From: Proteromonas lacertae | Lineage: Eukaryota | Length of the DNA stretch: 64,000 bases | Reading direction: 5' to 3' | Assembly: GCA_002245135.1 (NCBI GenBank) | Contig: NGBS01000589.1 | Coordinates: 62,001-126,000, forward strand | Shown here: positions 1 through 13,765 of the stretch, in pieces | Numbering within the stretch: position 1 is the stretch's first letter | How the letters are laid out: each line of letters begins with the position of its first letter | Notes under the pieces: generated by a model | The model's input: the letters and a program-made list of their open reading frames with translations, nothing else | What the model was told of the DNA's origin: nothing | The model's database searches: none | Made by a program: the position numbers and the translations under genes

Positions 1-770
1 TCTTTACCTGTGGAAGGTTGGTATTTAGTGGTGAACCATTAACAATTGTTGGAGGTACAGTTGATTGAGATGGTAATATATCAGCAGGAGCAGAGTTAGA
101 ACCACCTAATAATATTCCTGTTGTTCTTTTCATGTTGTTGATACTATATATAGATTAATCAATATTAAAGATAAAGAAATACTGTGGTGAATCAAATATT
201 TCCCCTTTATCATTGATGCTCATCAATGCAGATGGTCTGAATGTTAATATTTTACCATCACTGAATTGAACTTTATACCAAGTGTTTGGATGAACAGGTA
301 CATCATAAATAACACCAATTTGACCTATTCTTTCTGGGTATCGCGATTCTACATTATCCGTTCTTACTATACTAACCTTGGCGCCTTTGAATAAATACTA
401 TTGAATAAAATTATGTGAATTATGTGGTTATTATCAATACTTGAACTGAAGGACTTGAATGTACAGCTGTAGAAGATGTTAAGGACTCTGGAGACAAATC
501 GATTGTTTTGTCATCAACCTGAACAGAGTATTTATTAGGTGAATTAACAGCATATGACTGTACTATACCATCTCTTGATTTTAATTTCAATGCTCTTACT
601 TCTTCAGTATCGAGCAATGTTACTTTTGATCCTAGAGGGATTTGTGGTACTACTTGTACTTGAGAAGGATCTGTCGAAGGTTCATCATTGTGAGACGAAC
701 TTATTGCTAGACTGCTAATATCCGGATGTGAGTCTACAGAAGTAGATGAAGATGTGTCTGGAGTTGTCAT
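1..770 (-). CDS. Hypothetical protein with SH3/KOW-like beta-barrel segments; 3' end runs off the window
   Basis: ATG at 770. Two short GT-AG introns (~398-440 and 144-182) join an open frame containing GAKVSIVRT...IGQIGVIYDVPVHPNTWYKVQFSDGKILTFRPSAL. Confidence 0.6.
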
Positions 771-1434
771 ATTCGATTACTGATTAAGTTCTATTGATAT
801 AAATATGAACATATTTGGAAAAATGCAAGATTGGAGCTAAAAGCTAGAGAAGATCTTCTTAATTTTAGAGTAAGTAGTTATATAATGAATATACATGAAA
901 AATACAAAGACGGAGGATGAACTATAATAAATTGACTGAAAAACAAACTATTGCTAAAGAAATGAATCAAAAATCTGAGATAAAAACACTTCTTTAAAAA
1001 ACTGACAAAATTTTTAAAAAGTCAGGTGACTGATTGTATATTGATTTGTATAGTTTCTTTAGAATTTATAAATGCATTACTCAATTATGTTGCTCCATCT
1101 TATTATAATAACATTAAAAGTTTAGTTCTAAACTCGATCCTTCGTTTTTACAGCAGCAAATATAAAAAATTGTATTAACATAATGCAAATAATCAAACTT
1201 GAGAAATGAGTTCAAAATATTGTGCTTTGATATAAAGATAATTTCAACTTATATAATTTTCTTCATTTTTATTTTATGTTCCTGTTCTGCACTTGAAAGC
1301 ATTTATATCTTATTCACAATATACAGTATGAATTTTTATGGCTAGATGTTGAGATAAAAATACTAAGCTTGATAAAAGGCTTGAACATCAACATATTTCT
1401 TTTTTTCTCTTTTTGTGAATCATAGAAATAATAT

Positions 1435-4086
1435 ATGACTAAATATTCATCGTTTTTTATTTTAACAGTCTTTATTGTTTATTCCAGGCAAGCTTGTAAC
1501 AATAATTGTCAGTATTTATTTAAATGTCTATTTTGGAATAGAAATCTAGGCGTATGTGTTGAAAATAAATGTTATTGCAATGATGGAACAATTGGAGGTG
1601 ATTGTAGTAACTGTATAGCATAAAAGAATTATCTCTTTATAGTAAAATGCCCGACAGGTAAAGAATATGGTGGTGATAAAATTAAAGAATGTAGTGGTCG
1701 TGGTAAATGTGTAAAAGGTCGTTGTCAATGTTTGAGTGGTTTTAGTGGAATTAGTTGTGAAAATTTCAATTGTCCAATTCGAAATAGTAAATTATGTGGT
1801 GGTCATGGTCAATGTTTACCATTAAATGATCAATGGAAAGAAGATGATTTAGATTCAAAAAGTAAAGAATTAAAGAGTCGAATATATGGTTGTGTTTGTG
1901 GATCTGGATATAGTGGATATGATTGTAGCTTTAGTATAAATATAAATATTATTATAAAATAGAGGAATGTACATTAGGAAGATATGATAAAAATGCATTA
2001 AATGATGATAATGATGAAATAAATGGACAGAAGAGATTTAAGGATTATGCTCGAGATATATTCAAACCTCAGAAAATTGATAATGCTGATAATTGTACAA
2101 TAACTATAGAGAACTGTGATAGAGATAATCAATATCATTGTCAAAGAAGAACAGTATTAATCGATTATAAAGATACAACTAAAAGAATTAAGAATAGAAT
2201 TGTTGTATAATTATATTATTGTTATTTCTATTATAGGGAAGTGGATTATTAACTGATTTAATAGTAACTTATATTGGAACTAATGCAGATCCTGAATATG
2301 GTTTTGAAAATGACTATACTACGTTTGGAGATGCAGCTACTACAGGAAATACATATTCTGTTGAGTTTTATTATGTATTTGATCCATTGTATATTTCTTA
2401 ATCATTTTTATTAATTATAGTGCAAAAATAATAAAAGATCCAACACCATCTCCACCAGCTACACCATCAACTTCATGCATTGATTTTACTACTCCTCCAC
2501 AATATACAGAAGCTGGTAAATCTACTGATGATCCTGTTAATCCAAAATATAGGAAGTGTAGTGGAATAGGTGATTGTAGTGAAATAGGAACTTGTACGTG
2601 TTTAGTACAAGGTGATAATTATTATGATTTTGATACTTTAGGATTTGGTAGTAAACAAAAACAATTATATAATTGTATACCAAAGAAAACAGAAAATAAT
2701 GATCCAATGAAATTGTATATTGATTCTTTAGAGATTGCTGATGGTAAAATGATGAAAGGAGATAATAATCCATTTAGTTATTTAAATTGTCCTGAATCTA
2801 AAGATGGAGCTCGTTGTTCTGAACAAACTTGTGCGAATTATCATGGATATAGTTGGTTTAATTATCCATCAAAATATGGAACTAAAGGTAATGAAATAGA
2901 TAAATATTTACCTCCAGTATTATGTAGTGGCCAAGGAGTATGTGATTCAGCTGAACAAAATGGAAAAGGAATTTGTTTATGTAATGAAGGATTTAGTGGA
3001 TCAACTTGTCAAATATGTATATATTATATTATTATGTATTAATAGTGGATTGTCCAGCTAAATATTGTAATGGTCATGGAGTATGTAAGTATCATTCATT
3101 TGAGAAATTGGGTTTAACGGTAGGTGAATGTGAATGTGATGTTGGATATAGTGGATATGATTGTAGTGAAAGAACTTGTCCAAAATCATTAGATGGAAGT
3201 GTGACAATTAAATATAAATTTACTTTAATTGGTACTTTGAGTGGTGGAATAACAATGACAAACACTGTTGATAATACAAAATATAAAGAATGGACAGATG
3301 CTACGATAGTTACAGTTGGTGATTTAATAACAGAATTGGAAATGTTTGGAAAGTTTACTTATACTCTATCAGGTAATACACCTGACTCATTAACTAAAGA
3401 ATCGAAAATATCAGAAATAACCACATCTACCACCTTGACATTATCAGGAGTATAGAATATTATATTTATTTGTATAGATTACAGTAGAAGATTCAAAGAA
3501 ATTTCCTTCATTTGTTTTGAAAGATTCCACTCCAAATACATTAACTGCAACAGCAACTAAAAGTAATGGATTTACAATTTCAATAAGTGGTGGTAATTGG
3601 GCTGATATAACAGGAGAATTAACAATGAAAATATCAACAAAAGAGTTATATAAATGGTCAGATGCTACGAAAGTAACAGTTGGTGATTTATTGGAAAGAA
3701 TAGAATTATTTACACATTTGTATTATAATTATATTATTCATTTTTGATATAGGGAATTAAGATGTGATAAAGATAATGCCTTACTATTAAAAGATTTAAC
3801 TACAAATAATATATTTACAATAGAAGGAGTATAATTAATCATTTTATTTATTCTTTAGACTACTTTAACAAATCCACCAGAAAAAACAACAGATCTAAAG
3901 GATATAACTTTAACTGATTCAACTACAACTACTGCTATTTCAATGACAATTAATAAACCTACTCCTGACATTCCATTAAGTTGGTCAGAATGCAGTGGAA
4001 ATGGTAATTGTGATAAGAATAAAGGTCAATGTAATTGTTTTACTAATTATTATGGAAAATACTGCAATAACTATTCTAGATATTAA
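1435..4086 (+). CDS. Secreted multi-EGF-like cysteine-rich protein (mastigoneme/Sig1-like or tenascin-like)
   Basis: Signal peptide MTKYSSFFILTVFIVYSRQA. Repeated EGF motifs: ECSGRGKC..GRCQCLSGFSGISC, GCVCGSGYSGYDCS, CNGHGVC, and terminal ECSGNGNCD..GQCNCF..YYGKYC. About 10 short introns; TAA at 4084-4086. Confidence 0.8.
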
Positions 4087-4239
4087 TTTATATTTAAATA
4101 TTATAAACTTTACTTAATATTTCATTTATTTTTCTTTTAATTATTATCCAAAACCTTAAACAACAATAACAAAATACTATTATTATTTTTAAATACAATT
4201 TTACTTTTTAAATCAAAAAAAACAAACATTTCTTTTAAT

Positions 4240-5386
4240 TCAAATTGGTGTTGTTCTATCATCATTGTCATTATCATTATCATTATCTATCGGTACAACA
4301 ATCGAATTCTTATATCTTCCAGTGTTTAATATCTTAACAGAATTATTAGCAGTACGAGGTAAAGGATTAATTGATTTTCTACTTTCCAACGTCATAGAAT
4401 AACTACTAGGTCGACTTATTGTACATAAAAACACTGATGAAGTTCTTGTACCCTTATCTAACGCATTTAACGTTAATCTATACGATGTATTAATCAATTT
4501 TATTTATTTATACATAGAATAAGGATTATAACTTGTAAGGAATATATTTGCAGCCAATTTAATCTCAGTATCCAAGTCATTGCTCAGTGGCTCAAAATCA
4601 TATTCATAAATACTAAATCCATCATTTATTTTGTTTGAAATCCATCTACAGATTGATTGACGAGGTTTATGTTTGTGTACAGCACTGTATTCTATTGTGC
4701 TTTGAATTATTTTTAATTTTTCTTCTATACAAGACCATTGATAATCTGTAAACATAATTGAAATTAAATGTCTTTTGAACAGTAGTATTGGATTGAATAA
4801 TTGACTATTTTGATGTGCAAATGACATATAATCGTTGAATGTGATATAACCTCTTCTGAATTTATCATAAATTTGGAATAATGTCATGAGTAGATTGTTT
4901 TGAATTATTTGTGAGCTAATTCCACATATTCTTAACACCTCTTTGAGATTTTCTTGTGTTATCTTTGCTGGATTAACATCCTCATTTACCATTAAACACG
5001 CTATGCAATGAATTATTATATGAAATAGATATACTGGTGTATAATAGATCATCTTCTATTGTTGATAAATACACACATATGAACATGAACAAATTGAAGT
5101 CAGTTTCTCGTTCTAATCAGAATATTATACCATGTATAATACCTTTTAAAATCTTTTGAATAAAATATGGTGATTCTCTAAACAGAAATCTCCACCTTGA
5201 ATATTTGATCGGTTCACCATAACCTATGTCTTGGTACCGCTTTTCCAGGTGCTTTATTTCAGGAATAGAGCCTAGAAGCTTTAAACAACCAAAAATACAG
5301 TAAACTCTTCTGAGTAATGGAATTATCTCTTTATCTAACTTAAATCTATTAACTATTTCAACTTCTTTATCAGTATAAATGACCAT
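4240..5386 (-). CDS. EF-hand-like hypothetical protein (most divergent member of the local family)
   Basis: Spliced ORFs 5117-5386, 4504-5052 and 4240-4497. EF-loop-like DKFRRGYITFNDY. TGA is followed by TGTTTGTT (4221-4228 on the minus strand). Confidence 0.6.
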
Positions 5387-5573
5387 TAGTTCATCTCAAT
5401 ATAAGATGGGCAACTAAAAAATCAATTTAATTTTGGCCGTTACACTTTTCAAAGTGATTAAATTGGAAATCTTATTCGTACCATTCATTCCTATTATTTT
5501 TTAATTTATAAACAACCCAAAGAAACATATAATCAATATAATTTCTGTCAATAATCCAATCTGTTTACATTTT

Positions 5574-6509
5574 TTAATGTAATTTATGAATGGCTTGTTT
5601 AATTTTATGAATAGCTGAACCTGGATTTAAATGTTTTGGACAAGCTTCAGTGCAGTTCATAATAGCATGGCATCTGTATAATAAATAAGTATCATCTAAA
5701 GCCTTTAATCTTTCAGTTCTTGATTCATCACGAGAATCAGCAATCCATCTGTAAGCTTGTTGTAAAACTATTTAGAAAAAATAATTTATTGAATTTATAA
5801 TAATTATACCTGATGGTCCTAAGTATTTATCTGGATGCCACCAATAAGAAGGACATGATGTAGAACAGCATGCACATAAAATACATTCATATAAACCATC
5901 TAACTTTAATCTATCAGAGTAACTTTGAAGATTCTCAACTTCTAATTGTGTTTGTTCTTCCTTTCTATGTAACCATGGTTTGATAGATTCATATTGGTTA
6001 TAGAAGTTAGTCATATCTGGAACTAAGTCCTTTAAGACAAACATATGAGGTAATGGTCTAATTACCATCTTTTTATCTCCCTTTGTGATTGGAGTTAAAC
6101 AAGCCAAGCCGTTCATTCCGTCCATGTTCATAGCGCATGAACCACAGATACCTTCACGACAAGATCTTCTGAATGTGAAAGTTGGATCTTGTTCGTTTTT
6201 GATTTTAAGGATTGCATCTAATACCATAGGACCACATCTATTGTATTTGATTATACTGGAATATTATACTCAGAGGTATCTACAGCAAACTTTTGCATAT
6301 GAGCTTTCTTATCAACATCTGGGTTGTATCGATATACTTCAAAGAATTTTATTTTTTTACCCTAAATACATTATAATAAAATAATGATGGAATACTTCTT
6401 GTGGTTTTAATTTAAGATCAGGCTTTTCTGAAAAAGCTCTTACAAATAAAGAAGGACTTACTCTGTTCAATCTTAATGATTTTACTGATTTTACAGCTAA
6501 TGAAGCCAT
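5574..6509 (-). CDS. SDHB: Succinate dehydrogenase iron-sulfur subunit (complex II), with mitochondrial-type presequence
   Basis: Motifs [34 protein letters not shown] and [19 protein letters not shown]. Basic, Ser-rich N-terminus [16 protein letters not shown]. Three short introns. Confidence 0.97.
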
Positions 6510-7065
6510 CACGATTTCAAAATAATCGATTAACCTTAAAATGCAAAAAAAAGAAAGATTTAACTTAATGCAAAATAGAATTGAAAATACCAATATAATA
6601 CACTATTCAGTCATTAATTCTATTTTGCATAATCGATCACTAAACACTTGATCGAAAACCGAAAAACCGAATTCATAATTTATTTTTCTTTATTCTGAAC
6701 TGAATAGATAATAATATAGGATATCGATAGTTCGAAATGCACACATATGAATTAATTCATATAATTTCATAATAGTAAGATGCTTTAAAATTTTATGTAA
6801 ATACATTCTGTTTGAAGAATCATAAATCTTTTGACCATATTATACTTTAATTTGAATTTAATAAAATGAGATATTTCATTCATTATGTGGTTTAATTATA
6901 ATTCCAGACACACAACTTTTTTCACAACTCAACACTCCTAATTCTTTGAGTTACATATAGCTGGATTAAAGATAAGCTTTATAATGATGTTATAAATTAA
7001 ATATCAATTGAAACGGACAAAAATCAGAAATTCTTTTCTTTTTAAAATGATAATACAGTGTTAAC

Positions 7066-8679
7066 ATGGATTCTATCAAAAATAAAAATCATGAGATTAG
7101 ACAGAGCTATCAGTTCTCTTTCTGTAATGATGATGTTCTAGTTACACACCAGATGATGGTATTATTTTGCCTATTGTTATTTTTGTAGGTACAAGCAAGT
7201 GAATTATCACTTCACTTTCAGTCAAAAAAAATTGACAAACCTCTCCTTCCTTTAAACAAGCTCTCCATCCATATGTCACAGACATTATTTTGTATATTAA
7301 GTGTTTATTTATTCTATAGTGAATAATTACGAGATTAACGCCATTTTGATGTTTTACATAAAACTATGGGAAAGAAATAGAACTGATACAGAAATTAGGA
7401 TAGTTTATCTACATAGCATAATATCATTAAGATACCATCCATTTATAAATCAGTTTTTTAACCAAAGAAGTATATTTATTTCATAATAATATCAATAGCT
7501 ATGATTGACCATAATTCATTCTTTATTTTCGTTTGTACATTTTCTATCTTTTCGACTGTACAAGTTGTTCCATTATTATTATCAATGTGTGGAGTATATA
7601 GTAACTTATTCATAACGAAAGAACAGGTATTGACATTTTTCAAGATCTATCCCTACAGCAGAAGTTGTTATAAAGAGTTTGTAGAATATTTACATCCTAC
7701 AAGATACATTAAGAGGGATAGATACGGTTTAAAAGACTTTATACTCGCAATTACATCATATACTCCAACTCACAATATACTAGAGTCCTTTCGTTATGAA
7801 ATTGTAAATAAAATTCTCACAGAAAATATATTTTTTAGGATTCGAGCAAAAATCGACTATTATTATACTACATGTGAATATATTGAAAAATCTCAAAATT
7901 TAGAAAGTTGTAGTGAGAAGTTATATCGTGTGTTATGCACAACAGAACCTCATCCGTACAGTTATAATTATTATATAAACAATCCTACAACAGCTGATAT
8001 GGAGATTATACTATATGAAATTAAACAAAAATATGGTTATGGTGTAAGAGATAGATCAAAATCTCAAAAGAGTTTTAAAAGTTCCAGTAAATCAATGAAA
8101 TACATTAATTATACACCAACTGCTATTACTACAAATGGAAAAGATATAAATATGATTAATCATAATTATTATAATCAACATAATATCTCACCTACTCATC
8201 AAAGGAAGTTGTTACAACCTTCTATTTCATGTGATGAAAAATATTTCTTAAGTGGTAATAGAACATTAATAGAAAATTATGGAAATCATAACAATCGTGA
8301 TGATGATAGTAGTAGTAATGATTTAATATTAAATTCATTTCAACATTTTGATTTTGAAATGCATATGAATTCTCAAAATTCGTTAAATTCACCATCTCCA
8401 GAACCTTTTAAACCTATTCCAACTCATTATCATCAACAACATACACTAGAAGAAGAAGAAGATGATGATGATGATGAAGATGAATCTCCAATGATAATAC
8501 AACAACAACAACAACAACAACTTCAATCAACTTTATTTTCATTAATTCCAAAGAATAAAAGATCTAAGAGTAGTGATGTATTAATGATGAAAACTCAATT
8601 TATTGAGAATGGATCTGGATCACCAATGGTTGAGAAGTTTTCTAATAAAATATATCCTGTAAATAGTGATGAAATGTAA
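7066..8679 (+). CDS. Degenerate EF-hand-like protein, family member, with low-complexity C-terminal tail
   Basis: Spliced from ATG 7066. Motif ESC...EPHPYSYNY...KYGYGVR is shared with neighbours. Confidence 0.65.
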
Positions 8680-8853
8680 ATATTGAATTTAAATTAAAAG
8701 CATCAAATTAAATATACTTATAGTTTGCAATTATATCATGTAATTATATATAAATACATTCTAACATTTTGTTTGTTTATCATTTTCTTGATTTATTAAA
8801 AAAATATGGGTTTCATTTATATAACAGAAAAATAACTAATCGTTTTTATTCAA

Positions 8854-9243
8854 ATGCGGAGTAGCTCAGTGATTCCCACTAAGAATGATACAGATACAGA
8901 GAGTGAGGAAAGCGATACAAATGTGGAAGTTCAAAGACTAGTATAAAAGATCTTTTTATTTTCTCTAGAGTGCAGCTTATGAGCATATGAATTCTTCTGC
9001 ATTTAGAAATAAAATATTACTACAATTAGAAACTACCACAATTCAAATGGCTGAAGTTCTTTACTGTATTCACTTATTTTTAACCTTTAGTGTGTTATTA
9101 TGATGTGAACCAGCTAATATGTACTTATCTAACATTTTGGAGTAATGACTGCTCAATCCCTTTCATCCCAGAAGCATTCTTTTATAGTTCCTTTCCTGAT
9201 CAATATCAAAAACTACTGAAATCATATTTCCAATACTCTTGTA

Positions 9244-9274
<31 letters not shown>

Positions 9275-10100
9275 GTAATAAATTAATAGATGGTCACATC
9301 ACTTGTAATGATTATATCCAATTTTCTCTTCTGTTTTCCTTTTTTGACCTGCAGTGTTATTTGCCACTACTATTTTCAATGTGTTCAATACACAGTAATG
9401 TTATTATCACAGATGTATATTCTATAAATAATAATATTATAAATAGACTCAAATAATTACTTTTTTCCAACATTTAAACCTATCTACAGGTGGTATAGAA
9501 AGTATTTTATCACAAATCGATCACTCATCTTCCACCAATTCTTACGAACAAAGATCAATGAAGGCATTTCAAACCTTTCTATTAAAATATGAGCCATTTT
9601 TAACATACTTCAAAAAATTCAAAAATCTAGTAATGAATATGACAATTCCAATTACAGATTATCGAAGAATTATTAATCGAATACATTTCTACCATCAAGG
9701 ACATACTTATGAACCTCCAGAATCGTGTATATTGAAAGTCGGAAGAATAATTTGTGGAAATAAACCTCCACCTTATCATTATGATTACAGTTCACCTGTC
9801 GCACCTGAACAAATCGTTGCGACACTTCGTACAAATTATGGTTATAATAAAAGAAGTTCGGTATATGGTTCTCTATATTCTACTCATAATAATAATAATA
9901 ATAATAATTGTTCAATGCGTTCAAGTTCGAGAAGATCTGTACAGAAAATGTCTCGGCTTGGTAGTACTCTTACGCCAATGCCTAAACCAAGAGGTACTAT
10001 TTATAATAAAGAGAATAATGTGTTTAAAAATGCTAATAATAATGATTCACTGATATTAAGTCCAAAATGTGATAGTGGTAGAGATAATTCAAAGAAATAG
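8854..10100 (+). CDS. Degenerate EF-hand-like protein, family member
   Basis: Spliced from ATG 8854. Contains DGHITCNDYIQF and ESC...KPPPYHYDY...NYGYNKR. Confidence 0.65.
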
Positions 10101-10336
10101 TGTTATATCTATAAATTGTATTTATAGATGTTATATTAGTTTTGTAAAAGATTAATGGTGTTTTTTAATTTATGTATTTATTTTGTTTATTTTTGTTGTT
10201 TTAATGGATTAATAATAGTTCTCATATACATACACACATAAATAAATGATAAAACATACTTATATACTAGAATTATACATTTATATTAATTTATAATATA
10301 ATATAAACATAATATTTTTACTAATTTACAGTTTAT

Positions 10337-11593
10337 TTACATATTTAAAGATGGTTTCTTGTTTATATCTTGATGAGTTGGAGATATCGGAAATGTCAAA
10401 GGCATAACCTTCCCAGACATTTTCTGTATCTTAACAGATAAACTTGTAGTCGCATCTTTAGGAGTTTCAGGTGTAGCTGCTGCTGTAGTAATCATATTAT
10501 GTTTACTAATCGATCTTCTGATTACTGAAGGAGAATCACTTGCTTCGTTGGTTGTCCCATCAATGGCACTATTATTCTGATTTTTACCTGATTTGTGATG
10601 AGTGAAATAATTGACAGAGGAAGAAGAAGAAGATCGAATGGAATAACCAAACTTAGTTCGATATGATTTGATTAATTGATGGAGTAATTCGTAATTTGGA
10701 GTTTCTTTTAGATAATCAAATTTATACGGTTCTGGTTGACCTTTTATTATTCTTTTTAATTTATCGAAACATCCTTCTTTTGGCGGTAAAATATGTCCAA
10801 TTGGTGCAACAATATAAATTTCATAAAAATAGTATAAGCGGTTTTGGATTATTAAATACTCACTTTCACTGTAACATATATTGATTAAATTCCTTCTAAA
10901 TCCTATCACTTTGTCCACTACAAATCTACTTTGATCTAAAGATTGAGAAAATAATTTCAATGGAATCTGATCATTTGGGAGGAACTGAACATTTCCTGTA
11001 AATTGCTCTAATAATTCTAAGAAAAATGAGTAGTCTTCATCTGATAAACCAAAACATTTGAAAAATGTCTGAATTTGATCGAATTTTATAAATATATTAC
11101 TTTGTACACCTATCATTGATAATAGCACTGGTGTTAGTTGCGACGGATCGAAGAAAATGAAGAATACAAGAAATTGAAAAAAATCATTGAAAAGAATTGG
11201 ACCATCTATGAAATAAATATTACGAAATGTCTTTATAGATATGTATAAGATATACTTATATATGAAAAATATAGAACCACGAGATTAGAGTATTTATCTT
11301 CAAAAAGAGGTACAAAGAGCGATTGAGGTAAACCATCACAACATTTGAATTTTTTCAATAGTTTTAAATACTGTATGTGAATATAATTTAAATCATAACT
11401 GTTAACTAAGGAAAAATAAACATAAAATATATACATAATAATCCTGAAGCAAGCTGTAGAGAAACGTTACTAAGTTTTATGCTGACTTTACCATGTTTAA
11501 CAAATACCGTTGTTGTATTATGATATACAACCTATTCGATAAACATATATTTCATACTGCAGAAGATGACTCTTGCTCGTCTTTTTTATTCAT
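10337..11593 (-). CDS. Degenerate EF-hand-like protein, family member
   Basis: Spliced from ATG 11593. Contains DGPILFNDFFQF and EGC...QPEPYKFDY...KFGYSIR. Confidence 0.65.
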
Positions 11594-11721
11594 GTGTATT
11601 CAACTGTAATAGAATAACAAAGAAATGTGAAACGGACATATTTTGCGTTTTAAATTAAAAAAAAAGCAATAAACATACACATCATTTTATAATTTAATAA
11701 TTTACATATTTACACTATTAT

Positions 11722-13186
11722 CTACTTTTCTTCTTCATCATCATCATCAAAGCAACTAGTACTAAATGCTTTGTTAAGTGTGTTTTTCTTCGGTGTTGCA
11801 CATACATTATTAAATCTACATGACGGACTTGGAATTAAATATATTAAAGCTCTTGAATTTTTGTGTGTATTATTCGAATTAGCATTATTCCCACTAGGTT
11901 CTTGAATAAATGCGTTATTTGACAATTTAATAAATGAATCACTATGTCTATGTGTTTTATCCTTCTTCTTTTTCACATTAGTTACTAATGTTGTCTCATT
12001 TTTAGTATCAGTATTAGAAGTAGTAACAGCGAGTGAAGAACAGGATGAAGTAGGTGCAATAACAGATAAAGGACTTAGAAATTTTGTTTTCTTTACTCTA
12101 TTCACTGGAGAAGTGGGTGTTTCCATCTGTTTAGATCCTCTTCTCATACTTTTATTATCAGAATATTGAGATTTCAATCTTAACGAAGAACTCATATTAA
12201 CTGGTCTAGAACTATAACCATATCTACTTCTAATTTTATTTAAAAAAATATTTACACCTCTTACGATAGATACATTAAAATAATTTGTGAGATAAGGGTG
12301 TGGCTCTTTGGAGATTAAATTACGATATAAATAATTCATACAACCTTCATTTGGTCGAGTTGGTGGAGTAATTAACACTATATTATCACTTGGAATTACT
12401 TCTGGTGGTGTATCTACATAATTTGTATAGAATAATTTCTTTCTTAACATTGCATAATATGTTTCTTGATCAAATATATATTGTTCTATTCGACATTTTA
12501 ATAAACTTAAAGAAACAGCGAAATCATTGTGTTTGAGGAAGAAATCACAGAATGAAGCAATAGTAATTCTATCCTCTTCATTTCTATCACAGCAGTTTAA
12601 CCATTCGTGTAATATTTGATAATGATAATCTAATGAATCTAATTGTCTAAAGACTTCGATGATTTGTGAATCGTTGAGTGATATATTACTTTGTATTTTA
12701 CAAATTGACAGTATTACTATAATATTATAATTAATTATAAAAGTACTTGGAAAGATTTGTTGAATTGAGAAGAATGAAAAAAGACAAATGAATTGGAAAA
12801 AGGAGTTTACATCTACCTCACCCTCTAAAAAAACCATAATACATAGATTTATACGACAATAAGAGAAATAATTTACTAAAATGGGGATTGGCTTAATATT
12901 CATCGTCTCTAGTAGATCATTAGCAGAGATTGTTTCAGTTTTGCAGTGATTTTGTTCTAAATATACTAGAAATCTACTTTGAATTAGATTAACCTCTTTG
13001 AAATTAACTAAGAAATATAATTGAAATATTTACGAAATAGGATATGAGCGAAATAAACTGACACATTTGTAAGAGGGACTAACACATTAGTTTGATCCAA
13101 TCCTTTATTGTGCTTCCTATAGTATTCTAAAACGTGTTTCTATATATTTATAACAATAAAAACAATACATATTGTGGATCAGACAT
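11722..13186 (-). CDS. Degenerate EF-hand-like protein, family member
   Basis: Spliced from ATG 13186. Contains EGEVDVNSFFQF and EGC...EPHPYLTNY...RYGYSSR. Confidence 0.65.
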
Positions 13187-13765
13187 AACAATCTTTTGCT
13201 ATTTATAACAGAAATTTGATGATGATTTTGTTGTACTTTAAACGACACAATAATCAATAAAATGTCTAAAGAAATTATTCAACATGATTTATACATTCTC
13301 ATCTATTCTAAAGAGAAAATAAATGCATTTTAGTCAGATATCTTTGAACATCTACCTCACTTATACGTATTACTCATATAAACAAGAACAAAATAAGTAT
13401 AACAATAATTGAATTGAATGGCATTTTTTATGAGTGAAAGGTATAACAGTTTATGATTAATCCAACACAAAGAATTAAAAATATAAAAACAAATTACTAT
13501 GCTGTAATTAACAGTTTTTTTATAATTTTCTGGTTCATTCTCACATAATTAAAAAAATATACATTGAGTAAACAATTCATTTATAATAAGACAATAGAGA
13601 TATATTTTAATTAACAACGATTAAGATATATAAAACACCAATATCTGATTGACTATGATTTTAAATGAAAATTTTAAATTGATGGTGTATGAAAATATTT
13701 TTGTTAAACCAAGTTTATTCATATTTTCTTTTCTCTTTATCTCTTTGAGATTAGATAAGTTGAGA

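Noticed and set aside
9251..9274. (TA)n tracts in introns (also ~42660, ~61615, ~62385) and AAT/CAA coding runs
   Set aside because: These are ordinary microsatellites expected in an AT-rich genome.
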